NCBI RefSeq assembly: GCF_001194135.2
Contig: NC_068986.1
Coordinates: 88,923,895 to 88,987,894 of the forward strand
Source: Octopus bimaculoides
Taxonomy: Eukaryota
Length of the DNA: 64,000 nucleotides
Direction of reading: 5' to 3'
The notes under the pieces are model-generated. The model ran no database searches. It had not been told where the DNA came from and saw only the letters and a list, made by a program, of their open reading frames with translations. Every line of letters begins with the position of its first letter. The stretch's first letter is position 1. The position numbers were made by a program, and so were the translations under genes. Below, in pieces: positions 1 through 11,698 of this stretch.

Positions 1-444
1 ATGAAAAATAGGTAAAGAACACTGAGATGAAAGTTTAATCTATGACGTTGTATGTATCACTTTCTCTCTCTCTCCCTCTCCCTCTTTAACTCTTACTCTC
101 TATATTTTTATGTTGAGCTCGTGTGTAAGAATTGCGTTCCAGGTAGAAGGGATGAAATATAAAAGTTGCTAGAAACAACAGCCAAATCTCCCTAAAATCA
201 CACAAAGTAAACGGAATTTTAAAAATCTAATTACTGCACTGGAAAGTTCACATCGAGAAAATTCGATTGATGTAAAAAATTTTTACGAAAAAGTGGAAAA
301 TGTGGATTTCTATAAACTTTCAAAAAGGCTTCACACAAACACACAATTTCAGATTTATATATTAAGATATATATAATCTCTGCTTGTTTACTGTTTCATG
401 CATACATACATACATACATACATACATACATACATACATACATA

Positions 445-606
445 AGGCAAAACATACAAATCTGCACGTATACATATATACATACCTACAAAAGTACCTG
501 GTTGTTGATGAAATTCCAGAAAAGGAGCCTTGGATCTAGGTTAGAAACTAGCTCTTTCTCTATTGGCAAGAAATCTTGAAATAAAACTGAATAATTACAT
601 ACATAC
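445..606 (+). mobile_element. 5'-truncated 3'-UTR copy of the (TACA)n-associated R4/Dong-like retrotransposon
   Basis: AAACATACAAATCTGCAC...GAAATTCCA..AAGGAGCCTTGGATCTAGGTTAGAAAC...AAGAAATCTTGAAATAAA aligns by eye with the 3' UTR at 53022-53200, downstream of the RLE ORF. It is flanked by (TACA)n on both sides. Confidence 0.85.
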
Positions 607-868
607 TTAAATACATATATGATAGATATAATATAATATANNNNNNNNNNNNNNNNNNNNNNNNNNNNNNNNNNNNNNNNNNNNNNNNNNNNNNNNNNNN
701 NNNNNNNNNNNNNNNNNNNNNNNNNNNNNNNNNNNNNNNNNNNNNNNNNNNNNNNNNNNNNNNNNNNNNNNNNNNNNNNNNNNNNNNNNNNNNNNNNNNN
801 NNNNNNNNNNNNNNNNNNNNNNNNNNNNNNNNNNNNNNNNNNNNNNNNNNNNNNNNNCACACACACAT

Positions 869-946
<78 letters not shown>

Positions 947-3219
947 TGAAAGATAGTGAGCAAAGGAGAGAATTAATATTGTTAACAATAAAAGAATGTT
1001 CATAGAACGTATTGGAGATAATATATATAATATTCGAGAAAGGGCTGTTATTAATATTGGGTATCGTTCATACCACGTTACACATCACAAAACCTATCGG
1101 TGATCAAATGTTTGCTACCGTGGACAGTACGTCTTACATATTCGTATATTGTATGTGTAGTACTAAACTCTGTTTCATATTTTTAACGAGACATGTAAAG
1201 TTAAGAGATTATTTTAGCTGCTATTTCAGGCAGGTCGAACATTTTGACAAAACGTATTTGGAATAATATTGTCAAATGTGGCCTTGATTTTGCATGGCAT
1301 TATAGTTAAATTTTAGGGAGATTCTGGTGTTAGTGCTGGAAAGTTGAGCGACCGTGTAGAGGAAAATAGAAATGGCTGAAACCCATATATTATAATCACT
1401 GGAAACGAATAAACAGAGGCTTTAAGTGAAAGAGGCAGCGGCCATATTTCATTTCATTATCAAGGCCTTTCGGGATGCCATTAGCAGGCATTATGAAATG
1501 GAAACTGGCCATAATTGTATAAATTACGGGAGCCTTGTGTTCGGGTTGTTCGCTGGTAACGGCACGTTGAAGACACAAAAGAGATGATGCGGGTTTCTTA
1601 GAAATGCATATATATATAATTATATATGTGTGTTAGTCAATGTGTAGATATCTCAGTGTATTTAAGCTTTAGCCTCTGTGTATATGTTACTTATGTATAC
1701 ATGTAAATGTGTATGAATTGCGTGTGTATGAATGTATAAATATATACATGTTAACTAAATTATTTCTGTTTGTGCATGTCTAAGGAATCGTTCGGATAAT
1801 TCTATCACCTATCTTTGCAGTGTGTGTATGTGTGACTATATACGAGGGCGTACATACTGCCATGAGTGTACGTGCATATGTGTTTATATGTTTTGTTTGG
1901 GTATATATTTAGGTGGGGGAGATCCCTGTGTCTTTATATATCAACCTATAAACATGCCTAACGTTTGACGTTATTGGACATAGAATGTTAAGTGTTTGAA
2001 TATATGAGTTCCCATATATGTTTCCATGCAAATGTGTGAGCCTCTGTTGCGGTTAATCTATGTATATGCATATGTGTATGTGCGTGTGTTTATTTGTGCT
2101 TTGTTGTATGTATGTATCTATGTACGTACGTACGTACGTACGTACATGTGTATGTATGCGTGCTTATATGTACGAATGTATGTATGCCTGAAATTATGTG
2201 TGTATATACAAAGTATATATGTGCCAATATATCATGTAGTGGGCAATGAAAATAGCTACACAATAGGTAAAATGTTGAATAAAAACGGAACTAATAAAAC
2301 GATTTTAAGGAAATGTTAAGAACAGCAACGTTTCGGATGTTAGTAATTCATCAGAAGAACTAGAAAAGAATAAAGGGAATGAGAAAGACGAATAAACATT
2401 TATCTACATACACACGCACACATGCACATACATACACACTCGCAAACGAATGCAATCACGTAGGAGCACACATGTGCACGCACACACACACATACACACA
2501 CACTCACACTCACACACACATACTCACACACAAACACACATATATTCATGCCCAATCATATTAAAGACAATAAACATTAACAAGTCCATCGGAAGAAGTA
2601 AGAACATTGGATTCGTTGTACTAATTTAACACTGACAAGGAATAGAGTCACTTAATGTTTCAGGTATGAGACCCTTCTCAAAGAAAGAGAAGAAATAGAG
2701 TTATTTAGAAAGCATGAGCTAAAGATATAACGGGTGAATAAATGAATTGTGAAAGACGCAGAACGAAGACTAAAATATCCGAAACCAAGAAGAAACAATG
2801 CTTTTCAAGTGAGAGGGACTTAAATCACGGACATCTTAAAATCTGTGCTACAATATTATTGGATCTAATTACATAATATACTTGTTTACGGAACCAGTCG
2901 TCGTTTATCCGAAACAGCTGTAAAGATAAGACTTATTTCTATAATCTACTTGTATACACAAATTTCCATGTGAATACATTCAATGAGTATGAACGTTTAT
3001 CAGAAGGTAAGATCTTTGTATCAAACCAGAAACCAGTCCACATATATAACTGATCCATTGAATATATAGCTTTATGCTATATTGGTATGTGAGAGACTTT
3101 TTTTCGGTTCGCTCACCTGTAAACTGTTGAATCTGTTTTCAGTGTAAATATTTTTTGAGGTTTCAAATGAGGGGTTTAACTCTTATTTCTAGCAGATAGA
3201 CTATTTAATGTGTCCTTTG

Positions 3220-3263
<44 letters not shown>

Positions 3264-3274
3264 TGTTTATTTAT

Positions 3275-4335
3275 TTAAGCGTTAGTAATAGTTTCATATG
3301 TTGTGAAATACTCAAACATAATTATTCAGGCGCAAACCAAATATCATAACGAACTAAAAAAAATTGAATAATAGACGAAAGTGTGAAAAAGCTGAGAAGG
3401 TAACATATAGAAAACGCAGAAAGTAAAAAGCGGAAAATGAAAAACGGAAGACGAAAACACAAAATCTAAAGTGTAAAAAATAAAAAGTAAAAAGGTAAAA
3501 GAGCTATCCTCTTTAGACCTTAAATTATAAGGTTGGAGAAATATCAAGCTAGTCAGGAATAGGCTGACTTTTCCAATTATTCAAAATATATTTATACATA
3601 TGCTTACAACCACTAAACATTTCTGGCCTAGAGTTGAATAGAGAGTTAGGGAGCTTGGATCTAAACAGAATCTGCGCTCTTTCAGCTAAGCAAAGCCTAC
3701 ATTTGTCCGATCCATTCACATATGGTATGGATTTCTTAATTACTTTCCATTTATTCACATGCAGTGTTTCGTTATCTTTTAAAGTCCATATGTAGCTAGC
3801 CAACTTAGTAGATTTCCTTTTGTTCCTACGCTGGAAGTAGGCTTTGCGACGGGCATAGAGATTTTTAAATTCACCTTCACATAATCCAATATAGGTTTTC
3901 TTATCAGTTGTATTATTATTTAGGTTGCTAAACTTCTGCCTCATACATGATAGATTTAATCGTGATATGTGGAGAAGATCCTGCGTCGCGACAGTTTCAA
4001 CTGGATTTTGGTCCCTGTTATTGACCACGTGTAATGTTACTCTTCATATTGGGGCACCAGCTATATGATAATTTCACGCTTATTAAATATTTTTCTGTAT
4101 CTATTAGTTGCTGGAAAGTGTTTGTCTAGGAGAGACAGGAATTTTTATCCATGTTAGTTTTATATTAAATGAAAAGGGAGGGGGCGAATAATTTTCCTTT
4201 CTGCATTTTCTATATGCTGCCATCGCAGTTTATTGGCATTTCTTTTATTATTCAATTTTTTAGTTCGTTATGATATGTGGTTTGTGGCAGAAGAATATTT
4301 CTCAACGTATGAAAGTATTCGTAGCGCTTAGATGC
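3275..4335 (-). mobile_element. Penelope-like retroelement remnant (RT C-terminus, Cys linker, GIY-YIG endonuclease, 3' pseudo-LTR) with an inverted upstream pLTR copy
   Basis: The minus strand reads KFLSLLDKHFPATNRYRKIFN / VKLSYSWCPNMKS (4145-4040), NCRD..SP..IKSIMYEAEV (about 4000-3925), then KTYIGLCEGEFK...STKLASYIWTLKD...KW.VI....Y....KCRLCLAE..QIL......NSR.E....CKH (3910-3549). These are typical PLE motifs. Bases 3275-3420 are repeated in inverted orientation at 4192-4333. Confidence 0.88.
3549..3910 (-). pseudogene. GIY-YIG endonuclease domain of the PLE (open from the YIG motif to the stop, frameshifted upstream)
   Basis: C-terminal about 120 aa of ORF 3549..4028: YIG motif, CRLC, CKH. 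The upstream IMYEAEV half-motif is in another frame. Confidence 0.85.
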
Positions 4336-4421
4336 ATATATTGCGACATTTAAATAAATAATATTTATTTCTCACCAGATGGAGTACATTCTTTGTGGAA
4401 TTTTCTATCACAGAAGAGTAC

Positions 4422-4511
<90 letters not shown>

Positions 4512-5167
4512 CGCTAGACAAGTGATGAACAAGAAGGCAAGAAGGAGTAGTTAAACATGTTTCGTCGTGTCATTAATTGAGAACTATTACGTCATTCAGT
4601 CAAGTTTTCTACGTCATTTATAGGTAGATAGGCAATGACAAAAGACACTCCTTTCTATATATTTGCTGTATGCATTCATGGAATGAAGTTATAACATAAA
4701 TGATTGAAATTTGTTTTGTTCCACACGCTGAATAAGAAGACATCATATCCTCCAATTGAAATTTTATATTCATTGAAAGAGTCTCAATAGTGAATGAACT
4801 GTCATTTTTATTCAATAAACACTCATCCACATTCAATGTTATTTGATAGAATTACAATGCTTACAACGATCATGCGCCATTTTCTCTTCTTTTCATTGAG
4901 TATTTTAGAATTTTTTTTTATAAAAAATATCTTTGAATGTTTACATTTTTTTCATTGCATCTCTTCTCGTAGCCAATCATGCACAAATGTTCGTACGCAT
5001 GCACGCACGCTAGTTCATATAAACACATATGAACACATAGATATATACATACTTAAATGTTGATGTATTTGTGTGTGTATATACATATATATATATTGTA
5101 ACATGTGTGTGTGGTTTGTGATATGTATATATAAGATACATACAAATATATACATATATATGTATGT

Positions 5168-5260
<93 letters not shown>

Positions 5261-5715
5261 TATATATATACGTATATTCGTTGAAAACTGATTATTCACT
5301 CTGTAACGAATCTGACTTTATTAATATTATGTGCAATCATTCATGCGACAAAAAGATTGATACGCACAAAACACACTTACTTATAATGCATAGATGTATA
5401 TTTATCTATGTGTATAGGGATATATATATATATACATGCATACATACCCACACATATATATATATATATATATATATACTCACACGCATACATGTATAAA
5501 AAAAAAATGAAAATCAGTTTCTAAAGAAATATTTAATATACAGATAAATGCGTGTAAAATTACAAATATTTGTTCTAAATGAAAGTAAGGGGGCGTTAAG
5601 ATTTATACAAACACAGACACACACATACACACACACGCGAACGCGCACATATACTCCTAATTATAATACACAAAAACTATTTCAATCTTTTATTCACTCG
5701 TATGGATACACAAAG

Positions 5716-5761
<46 letters not shown>

Positions 5762-6256
5762 ACAAAGTGTATGCATACATTTGCATGTATGCATGCATAC
5801 ATACATACATACATACATACATACATGCATACGTACATACATACATACATACATACATACATACAATACATACATGCATGCATGTGTGCTGCAGCGATGT
5901 AAACCAGACGTTGCGGATTTGCATTCAGTTAAGCATAAAGAGAAAGCAATTGAAAAGTAAAAAAAAAAAAGAAAACAAGTACCAGAGGAATAGCAAAACA
6001 ATAACAAAAACAACACAATGCATCTATCTATTAATTAGTTTACTTTTGTATCAATCAAATATTTTGTTTTTTTTCAATATGTTACCAATGAGGATGATCA
6101 TCGTTATTATTCTCTGTTAACAACTGTGACATATGCTCAGATCTACGTAAAGCATAAAAGGTACCCATTTTCTTTTATTTATTCTTCTAATGTTGCCTCA
6201 TCCGTTAAACTTCCTGTATTATTATTATTATTACTACTATTATTATTATTATTATT

Positions 6257-6646
6257 GAGTGAGAGCGCAGTGCATGCCCTCAAAGTGACACTGAGGTAAA
6301 ATATACGAAGCCCATTATACCCATCATGACTACCCGTCTGATAAGGGTACACGAGGCACATGCATCACAACCATATGTACGTGACATGGTGATCTCATAT
6401 CAAGATAAACAGCGCATGACCTTGCAGATGGGGCCCAGTGAGAATTTTCTTCAGGTCGAGTAGCCTATCTCGCTCAAAAGGTCCCTGAATAAGGTTTGTT
6501 TAAGGATGTTGAGCAAAACACGCATGTTTCCAAAGGTGGATTATTCAAACCCCAAAGAATTCCTCTCAACACATGGCTACGATGCTCCGCCACTACTTCT
6601 TCTCATGATCAGAGATGCACATATCGTCAGCCACCAAGGGACAGGC
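6257..6646 (-). mobile_element. Dispersed repeat family B (LINE 3'-UTR-like, (AAT)n tail), truncated by a gap
   Basis: Aligns with 8685-9375 (opposite strand) and 39980-40310. It abuts an (ATT)n tract at the tail end. Confidence 0.8.
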
Positions 6647-6877
6647 NNNNNNNNNNNNNNNNNNNNNNNNNNNNNNNNNNNNNNNNNNNNNNNNNNNNNN
6701 NNNNNNNNNNNNNNNNNNNNNNNNNNNNNNNNNNNNNNNNNNNNNNNNNNNNNNNNNNNNNNNNNNNNNNNNNNNNNNNNNNNNNNNNNNNNNNNNNNNN
6801 NNNNNNNNNNNNNNNNNNNNNNNNNNNNNNNNNNNNNNNNNNNNNNNNNNNNNNNNNNNNNNNNNNNNNNNNNNNNN

Positions 6878-6909
<32 letters not shown>

Positions 6910-6910
6910 A

Positions 6911-7110
6911 AGGCGGTGAGCTGGACAATGTGCATAGCGGTATATCGTCCGTCGCTAAGTTCCGAGTCGAAATTCTGCCAAGGTCAACTTTGCTTTTCAT
7001 CCTTTTGTGGTCGATAAATTAAGTGCCAGTGAAACAGTGGGGTCGATGTAATCATATAATCGACTAGTCCCCTCCCCACAAATGTGAGGCCTTATGCCTC
7101 CAGTAGAAGG

Positions 7111-7181
<71 letters not shown>

Positions 7182-7535
7182 GGTGGCGAACTGGCAGAAT
7201 CCTTAGCACACCTAGCAGAATACTTGGCGACATTTTGTCCGTCTTAACATTCGGAGTTCAAATTCCGCTGAGCTCCACTTTTCCTTTCCCCATTTCGAGA
7301 TGAGTATTAGGTTAGATCTAATCGATTAACCCTCTCCTCTAATCGCTTAATCCTCCCCTCTAATATTTCAGGCCTCGTACTTATAGTAAAAAGGATTATT
7401 AAGGGGGCAAGCTGGCAGAATCGTGAGAACGCAAAACATTTCCAGTTGAGTACTTTGGTCGATGTAATCGATTTAAACCCTCCCCTCAACTTGCTGGTCT
7501 TGTGCCAAAATTTGAAACCATTACTATTATCATAA
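6911..7535 (+). mobile_element. Three tandem family-A SINE copies (6911-7110, 7181-7400, internally deleted 7402-7535) separated by (ATT)n
   Basis: Each starts GG(C/T)GG(T/C)GA(G/A)CTGG-like (A-box-like head). The first two contain a GAGTTCAAATTC-like B-box. All end in an ATT tail. Confidence 0.85.
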
Positions 7536-7955
7536 AGGCAGGAAACTTTATGAAAGTAGGGAGGATAGACTTGGTCATCATTATTATCCTTATCATACCG
7601 TCGTCGTTGTCTTTGTCGCCCTGCATATCATCATCTCTATCCAATTCCTTCTCCTCAGCATCAGCATCAGCATCATCGTCATCATTACAAAGATCATCAT
7701 CAACATCGTCTAATTTCTCATGATCGTCATTATCATTGTCATCGTTGTTGTCGTTGTCGCCGTCTTACCTGCAACGTATCGGCAACAATAATGCCACGCA
7801 ATCTAACTGCCATGACTCAGAATCAACACACCTACACTATAGTGCTACGCCATCTTGGAAATGAATGTTAGTGAAAATGTTTTTTGTCTCTCCCGCTCTC
7901 TTCTACCCCCTCTCTCTCTCTCTCTCACTCTTTCGCTCTCTCTCTCTTTCTCTCT

Positions 7956-8021
<66 letters not shown>

Positions 8022-8684
8022 ACATACATAAACACATAGAAACACATATTATACACTGCTACGTACTGACACCCGTACACACACATGTATATAAATTCTT
8101 ACATTTGACGCTCTCATTCCTTTAGTCATCGTTTTCTTTTTGTGGTTCTTCCACAAGAATCCATATTAAGTGTTTTGTTACGCCATCAGCTAATTCTATA
8201 GTCTTATGTGAAAAGCGTCAAGAATAGGCAACACGTCTGGCAATCATCTTCATCATGATCATCAACATCATCATCTGCAACAGCGGAGAAGAATAACAAT
8301 AATTATAATAATAGGAATATTGATGTAAAATTACAATGCGTGTAATTTGGGTGGGGATGATATCGATTATATCAATCACTGGTTTGACAATCAGAAAGAC
8401 TGTTTGTCACCGCCACCTAGTCCTTGCGTGTTTTTAAAAGATGTTCCCTCTTTGCAAAGTATTCGAAGCAGATCTGGGGGTAAAATCACATTCGCCTTCC
8501 GAACAATCTTGGTGAGCCTCAGTCGGATAACGGGGGCTCTCCTTATTTTTCTTTTGGGTAATAGATACAATACTTCTACGCAAATTCCTCCTGCAATTAC
8601 TATTATTACAACAACTAATAGACCTACTACTACCTATACCACCACCAGCAACAACGCTAGCATTACTAATACTGCTTTTGTCAC

Positions 8685-9375
8685 GACTAGGCACTGGCTC
8701 TCATGGCTTCTGATCTTAACTGATTGGAAGTGTTATCATGTACATGTATTGTCGTGAAGTAAAAAGATGGGCTGCTGCAAATATTCTGCTCAATACCACA
8801 GATTTGTCTGTCACTTGCTTGAACTTAACCATTTGAGCTTGTCCTTTGGTGGCTGATATGTGCATCTCTGATCTTATTTCTTTATTGCCCACAAGGGGCT
8901 AAACATGGAAGGGACAAACAAGGACAGACAAAGGGATTAAGCCGATTACATCGACCCCAGTGCGAATGACCCCGATAGGATGAAAGGCAAAGTCGACCCC
9001 GGCGAAATTTGAACTCAGAACTTAACGGCAGACGAAATACCGCTAAGCTTTTCGCCCGGCCAGCTCTGATCATGAGCAAAAGCAGTTGGAAAGCGTCATA
9101 GCCATGTGTTAAGAGAAATTTTTTGGGGTTTAAATAATTCATCTCTGGAAACATGGGTGTTTCTCTCAATATCCATAAACAACCCTTATTCAGGGACATT
9201 TTTGTGCGGGATGGGCTACTCGACATGAAGAAAGCTCTAACTGGGCCCCACCTGGAAGGACATGCGTTGTCTATCTTGATATGAGATCACCATGTCAAGC
9301 ACAGGTAGTCATGATGGGTATACTGGACTTCGAGCATTTGTACCCCAGTGTCACTTTGAGAGCGTGCATTGATCT
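8685..9375 (+). mobile_element. Family B repeat interrupted by a family-A SINE
   Basis: 8685-8873 and 9064-9375 are colinear with the 6257-6646 copy. CTCTGATC is duplicated at 8866-8873 and 9064-9071. Confidence 0.85.
8874..9063 (-). mobile_element. Family-A SINE (A1-type tail) nested in family B
   Basis: Reverse complement of the 20376-20608 unit, with a TSD. Confidence 0.85.
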
Positions 9376-9380
9376 CGATT

Positions 9381-9425
<45 letters not shown>

Positions 9426-9439
9426 CAGGTAAAAACGAA

Positions 9440-9637
9440 AATCCTTTCTGTAATAGGCACGAGGTCTAAAATTTCGTGGGGAATGTGCAAGTGGATTGTA
9501 TCGACTCCAGTGCACAGCTGGTACTTACTTTATTGACTTCGAAAGGATGAAAATCAAGGTCGACTTCGGCTGAATTTGACCTCGAGAATAAGGAGACGGA
9601 GGAAATGCTGCTAAGGATTCTGCCAGTTCACCATCTT
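9440..9637 (-). mobile_element. Family-A SINE, diverged
   Basis: GAAAGGATGAAAATCAAGGTCGACTTCGGCTGAATTTGACCTC...GATTCTGCCAGTTCACCATC is the reverse complement of the family-A body and head. Confidence 0.75.
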
Positions 9638-10551
9638 AATGATGATGTTGGTGATGATGATGATGATGATGATGATANNNNNNNNNNNNNNNNNNNNNNN
9701 NNNNNNNNNNNNNNNNNNNNNNNNNNNNNNNNNNNNNNNNNNNNNNNNNNNNNNNNNNNNNNNNNNNNNNNNNNNNNNNNNNNNNNNNNNNNNNNNNNNN
9801 NNNNNNNNNNNNNNNNNNNNNNNNNNNNNNNNNNNNNNNNNNNNNNNNNNNNNNNNNNNNNNNNNNNNNNNNNNNNNNNNNNNNNNNNNNNNNNNNNNNN
9901 NNNNNNNNNNNNNNNNNNNNNNNNNNNNNNNNNNNNNNNNNNNNNNNNNNNNNNNNNNNNNNNNNNNNNNNNNNNNNNNNNNNNNNNNNNNNNNNNNNNN
10001 NNNNNNNNNNNNNNNNNNNNNNNNNNNNNNNNNNNNNNNNNNNNNNNNNNNNNNNNNNNNNNNNNNNNNNNNNNNNNNNNNNNNNNNNNNNNNNNNNNNN
10101 NNNNNNNNNNNNNNNNNNNNNNNNNNNNNNNNNNNNNNNNNNNNNNNNNNNNNNNNNNNNNNNNNNNNNNNNNNNNNNNNNNNNNNNNNNNNNNNNNNNN
10201 NNNNNNNNNNNNNNNNNNNNNNNNNNNNNNNNNNNNNNNNNNNNNNNNNNNNNNNNNNNNNNNNNNNNNNNNNNNNNNNNNNNNNNNNNNNNNNNNNNNN
10301 NNNNNNNNNNNNNNNNNNNNNNNNNNNNNNNNNNNNNNNNNNNNNNNNNNNNNNNNNNNNNNNNNNNNNNNNNNNNNNNNNNNNNNNNNNNNNNNNNNNN
10401 NNNNNNNNNNNNNNNNNNNNNNNNNNNNNNNNNNNNNNNNNNNNNNNNNNNNNNNNNNNNNNNNNNNNNNNNNNNNNNNNNNNNNNNNNNNNNNNNNNNN
10501 NNNNNNNNNNNNNNNNNNTTATAAGCCCTAAAATTCACTCCATAATTACCC

Positions 10552-10813
10552 ACGGGCATTTGGCGTAGTGGTTAAGAGCGCGAGCTACTAACCCCAAGAT
10601 TCCGAGTTCGATTCACGGCAGCGACCTGATTAATAAAAATAATAGTAACATCGTTAGGAATGAGAACCCAGGTTCGAAATTTCCCCAAGACACCTGACGA
10701 AGGCTGGAGGGTATATCAGCCGAAACGTTGTGTTAACAACAAACAAGATGAGGACAAATATCCGTCAAATGTAAATAATGTAAATAATTCCTCATCTCTT
10801 AAATATAGAACTG
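10552..10813 (+). mobile_element. tRNA-headed short element carrying a hammerhead ribozyme motif (SINE- or retrozyme-like)
   Basis: A-box TGGCGTAGTGG (10561), anticodon-arm-like GAGCTACTAACCCC, B-box GAGTTCGATTC (10604), an AAT-rich spacer, then the hammerhead at 10689-10734. Confidence 0.8.
10689..10734 (+). ncRNA. Minimal type-I hammerhead ribozyme, PLE-type (palindromic helix III)
   Basis: Helix I GACAC(10689-93)/GTGTT(10730-34); core CTGACGA (10694-700) plus an extra A; helix II GGCTG/CAGCC (10702-06/10717-21); GAAAC (10722-26); loop-less palindrome ACGT; predicted GUU cleavage after 10729. Confidence 0.75.
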
Positions 10814-11397
10814 AATATGAATATTAATATTAATAATAATATTAATAATAATAATGCTTCCGCATCGTAGATCATGCGAGATGCCTCTGGAAATATCCAA
10901 CTTCCTCAGTAATGGCTCGAGAGTCAGCACGTATAGAAGGGGAGGTACTTTTGACGGACTGAGCGAGCGATGCTAAACAATTCCGAAAGATGGCCGTTTA
11001 CTTTGACTATTATACATTGCAGCGATCCACAAAGGATAGCAGCGTTAGGAACAAGAAGAACAACGCCAAGAACAGTAGTAACAATATGTACGGCAACAAT
11101 AACATCAACCACTTCACAGCAGAACTGACAATAAAAAAAAAATATTCTAATTTACTGTTACAACTGTGATCGAAAGCGATAATAAGAATTAGTATATTAA
11201 GAATAGCACCAGGTATTGAAGAACAGTAATAAGCAGCACGACAATAGTGACGATGGATGCAGCATCAATGATAATATGAAGTGCATCAACAGTGACAACA
11301 GCTAAACCTGTTACCATTCTCTATCCCCAGAAACTCATTCATATACATGTATTCACATGAATGACTATGTATGAACATGTATAAATGAATACATAGT

Positions 11398-11698
11398 GAA
11401 GGCGCGTGGCTGAGTGGTTAGGGCATTCTACTTACGATCGTAGGGTCGTGAGTTCGATTCGCGGCGACGCGTTGTGTTCTTGAGCAAGACACTTTATTTC
11501 ACGTTGCCCCAGTCCACTCAGCTGGCAAAAATAAGTAGTACCTGTATTTCAAATGGCCGGCCTTGCCACGCTATGTGTCACACTGAGTCTCCCTGAGATC
11601 TATGTTAGGGGTACACGTGTCTGTGGATTGCTCAGTCACTTGCACGTTCATTTCATGATCAGGCTGTTCCGTTGATCGTACCAGCTGGGACCCTCGTC
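11398..11698 (+). mobile_element. tRNA-derived CORE-type SINE (family C)
   Basis: A-box TGGCTGAGTGG, B-box GAGTTCGATTC, CORE-like GTGTTCTTGAGCAAGACACTTTATTTCAC, and a 3' tail shared with family D. Confidence 0.85.

Noticed and set aside
7845-8020. YY1-like CAAGATGGCG (minus, about 7848-7857) beside a GA tract, suggesting a promoter; a similar motif lies at about 15942-15951
   Set aside because: A 10-mer plus a common microsatellite is not enough evidence without TSS data.
10554-10626. The tRNA-like head as a functional tRNA gene
   Set aside because: The acceptor and T stems do not close properly and it continues into a repeat body. Treated as a SINE head, like the other tRNA-like sequences here.
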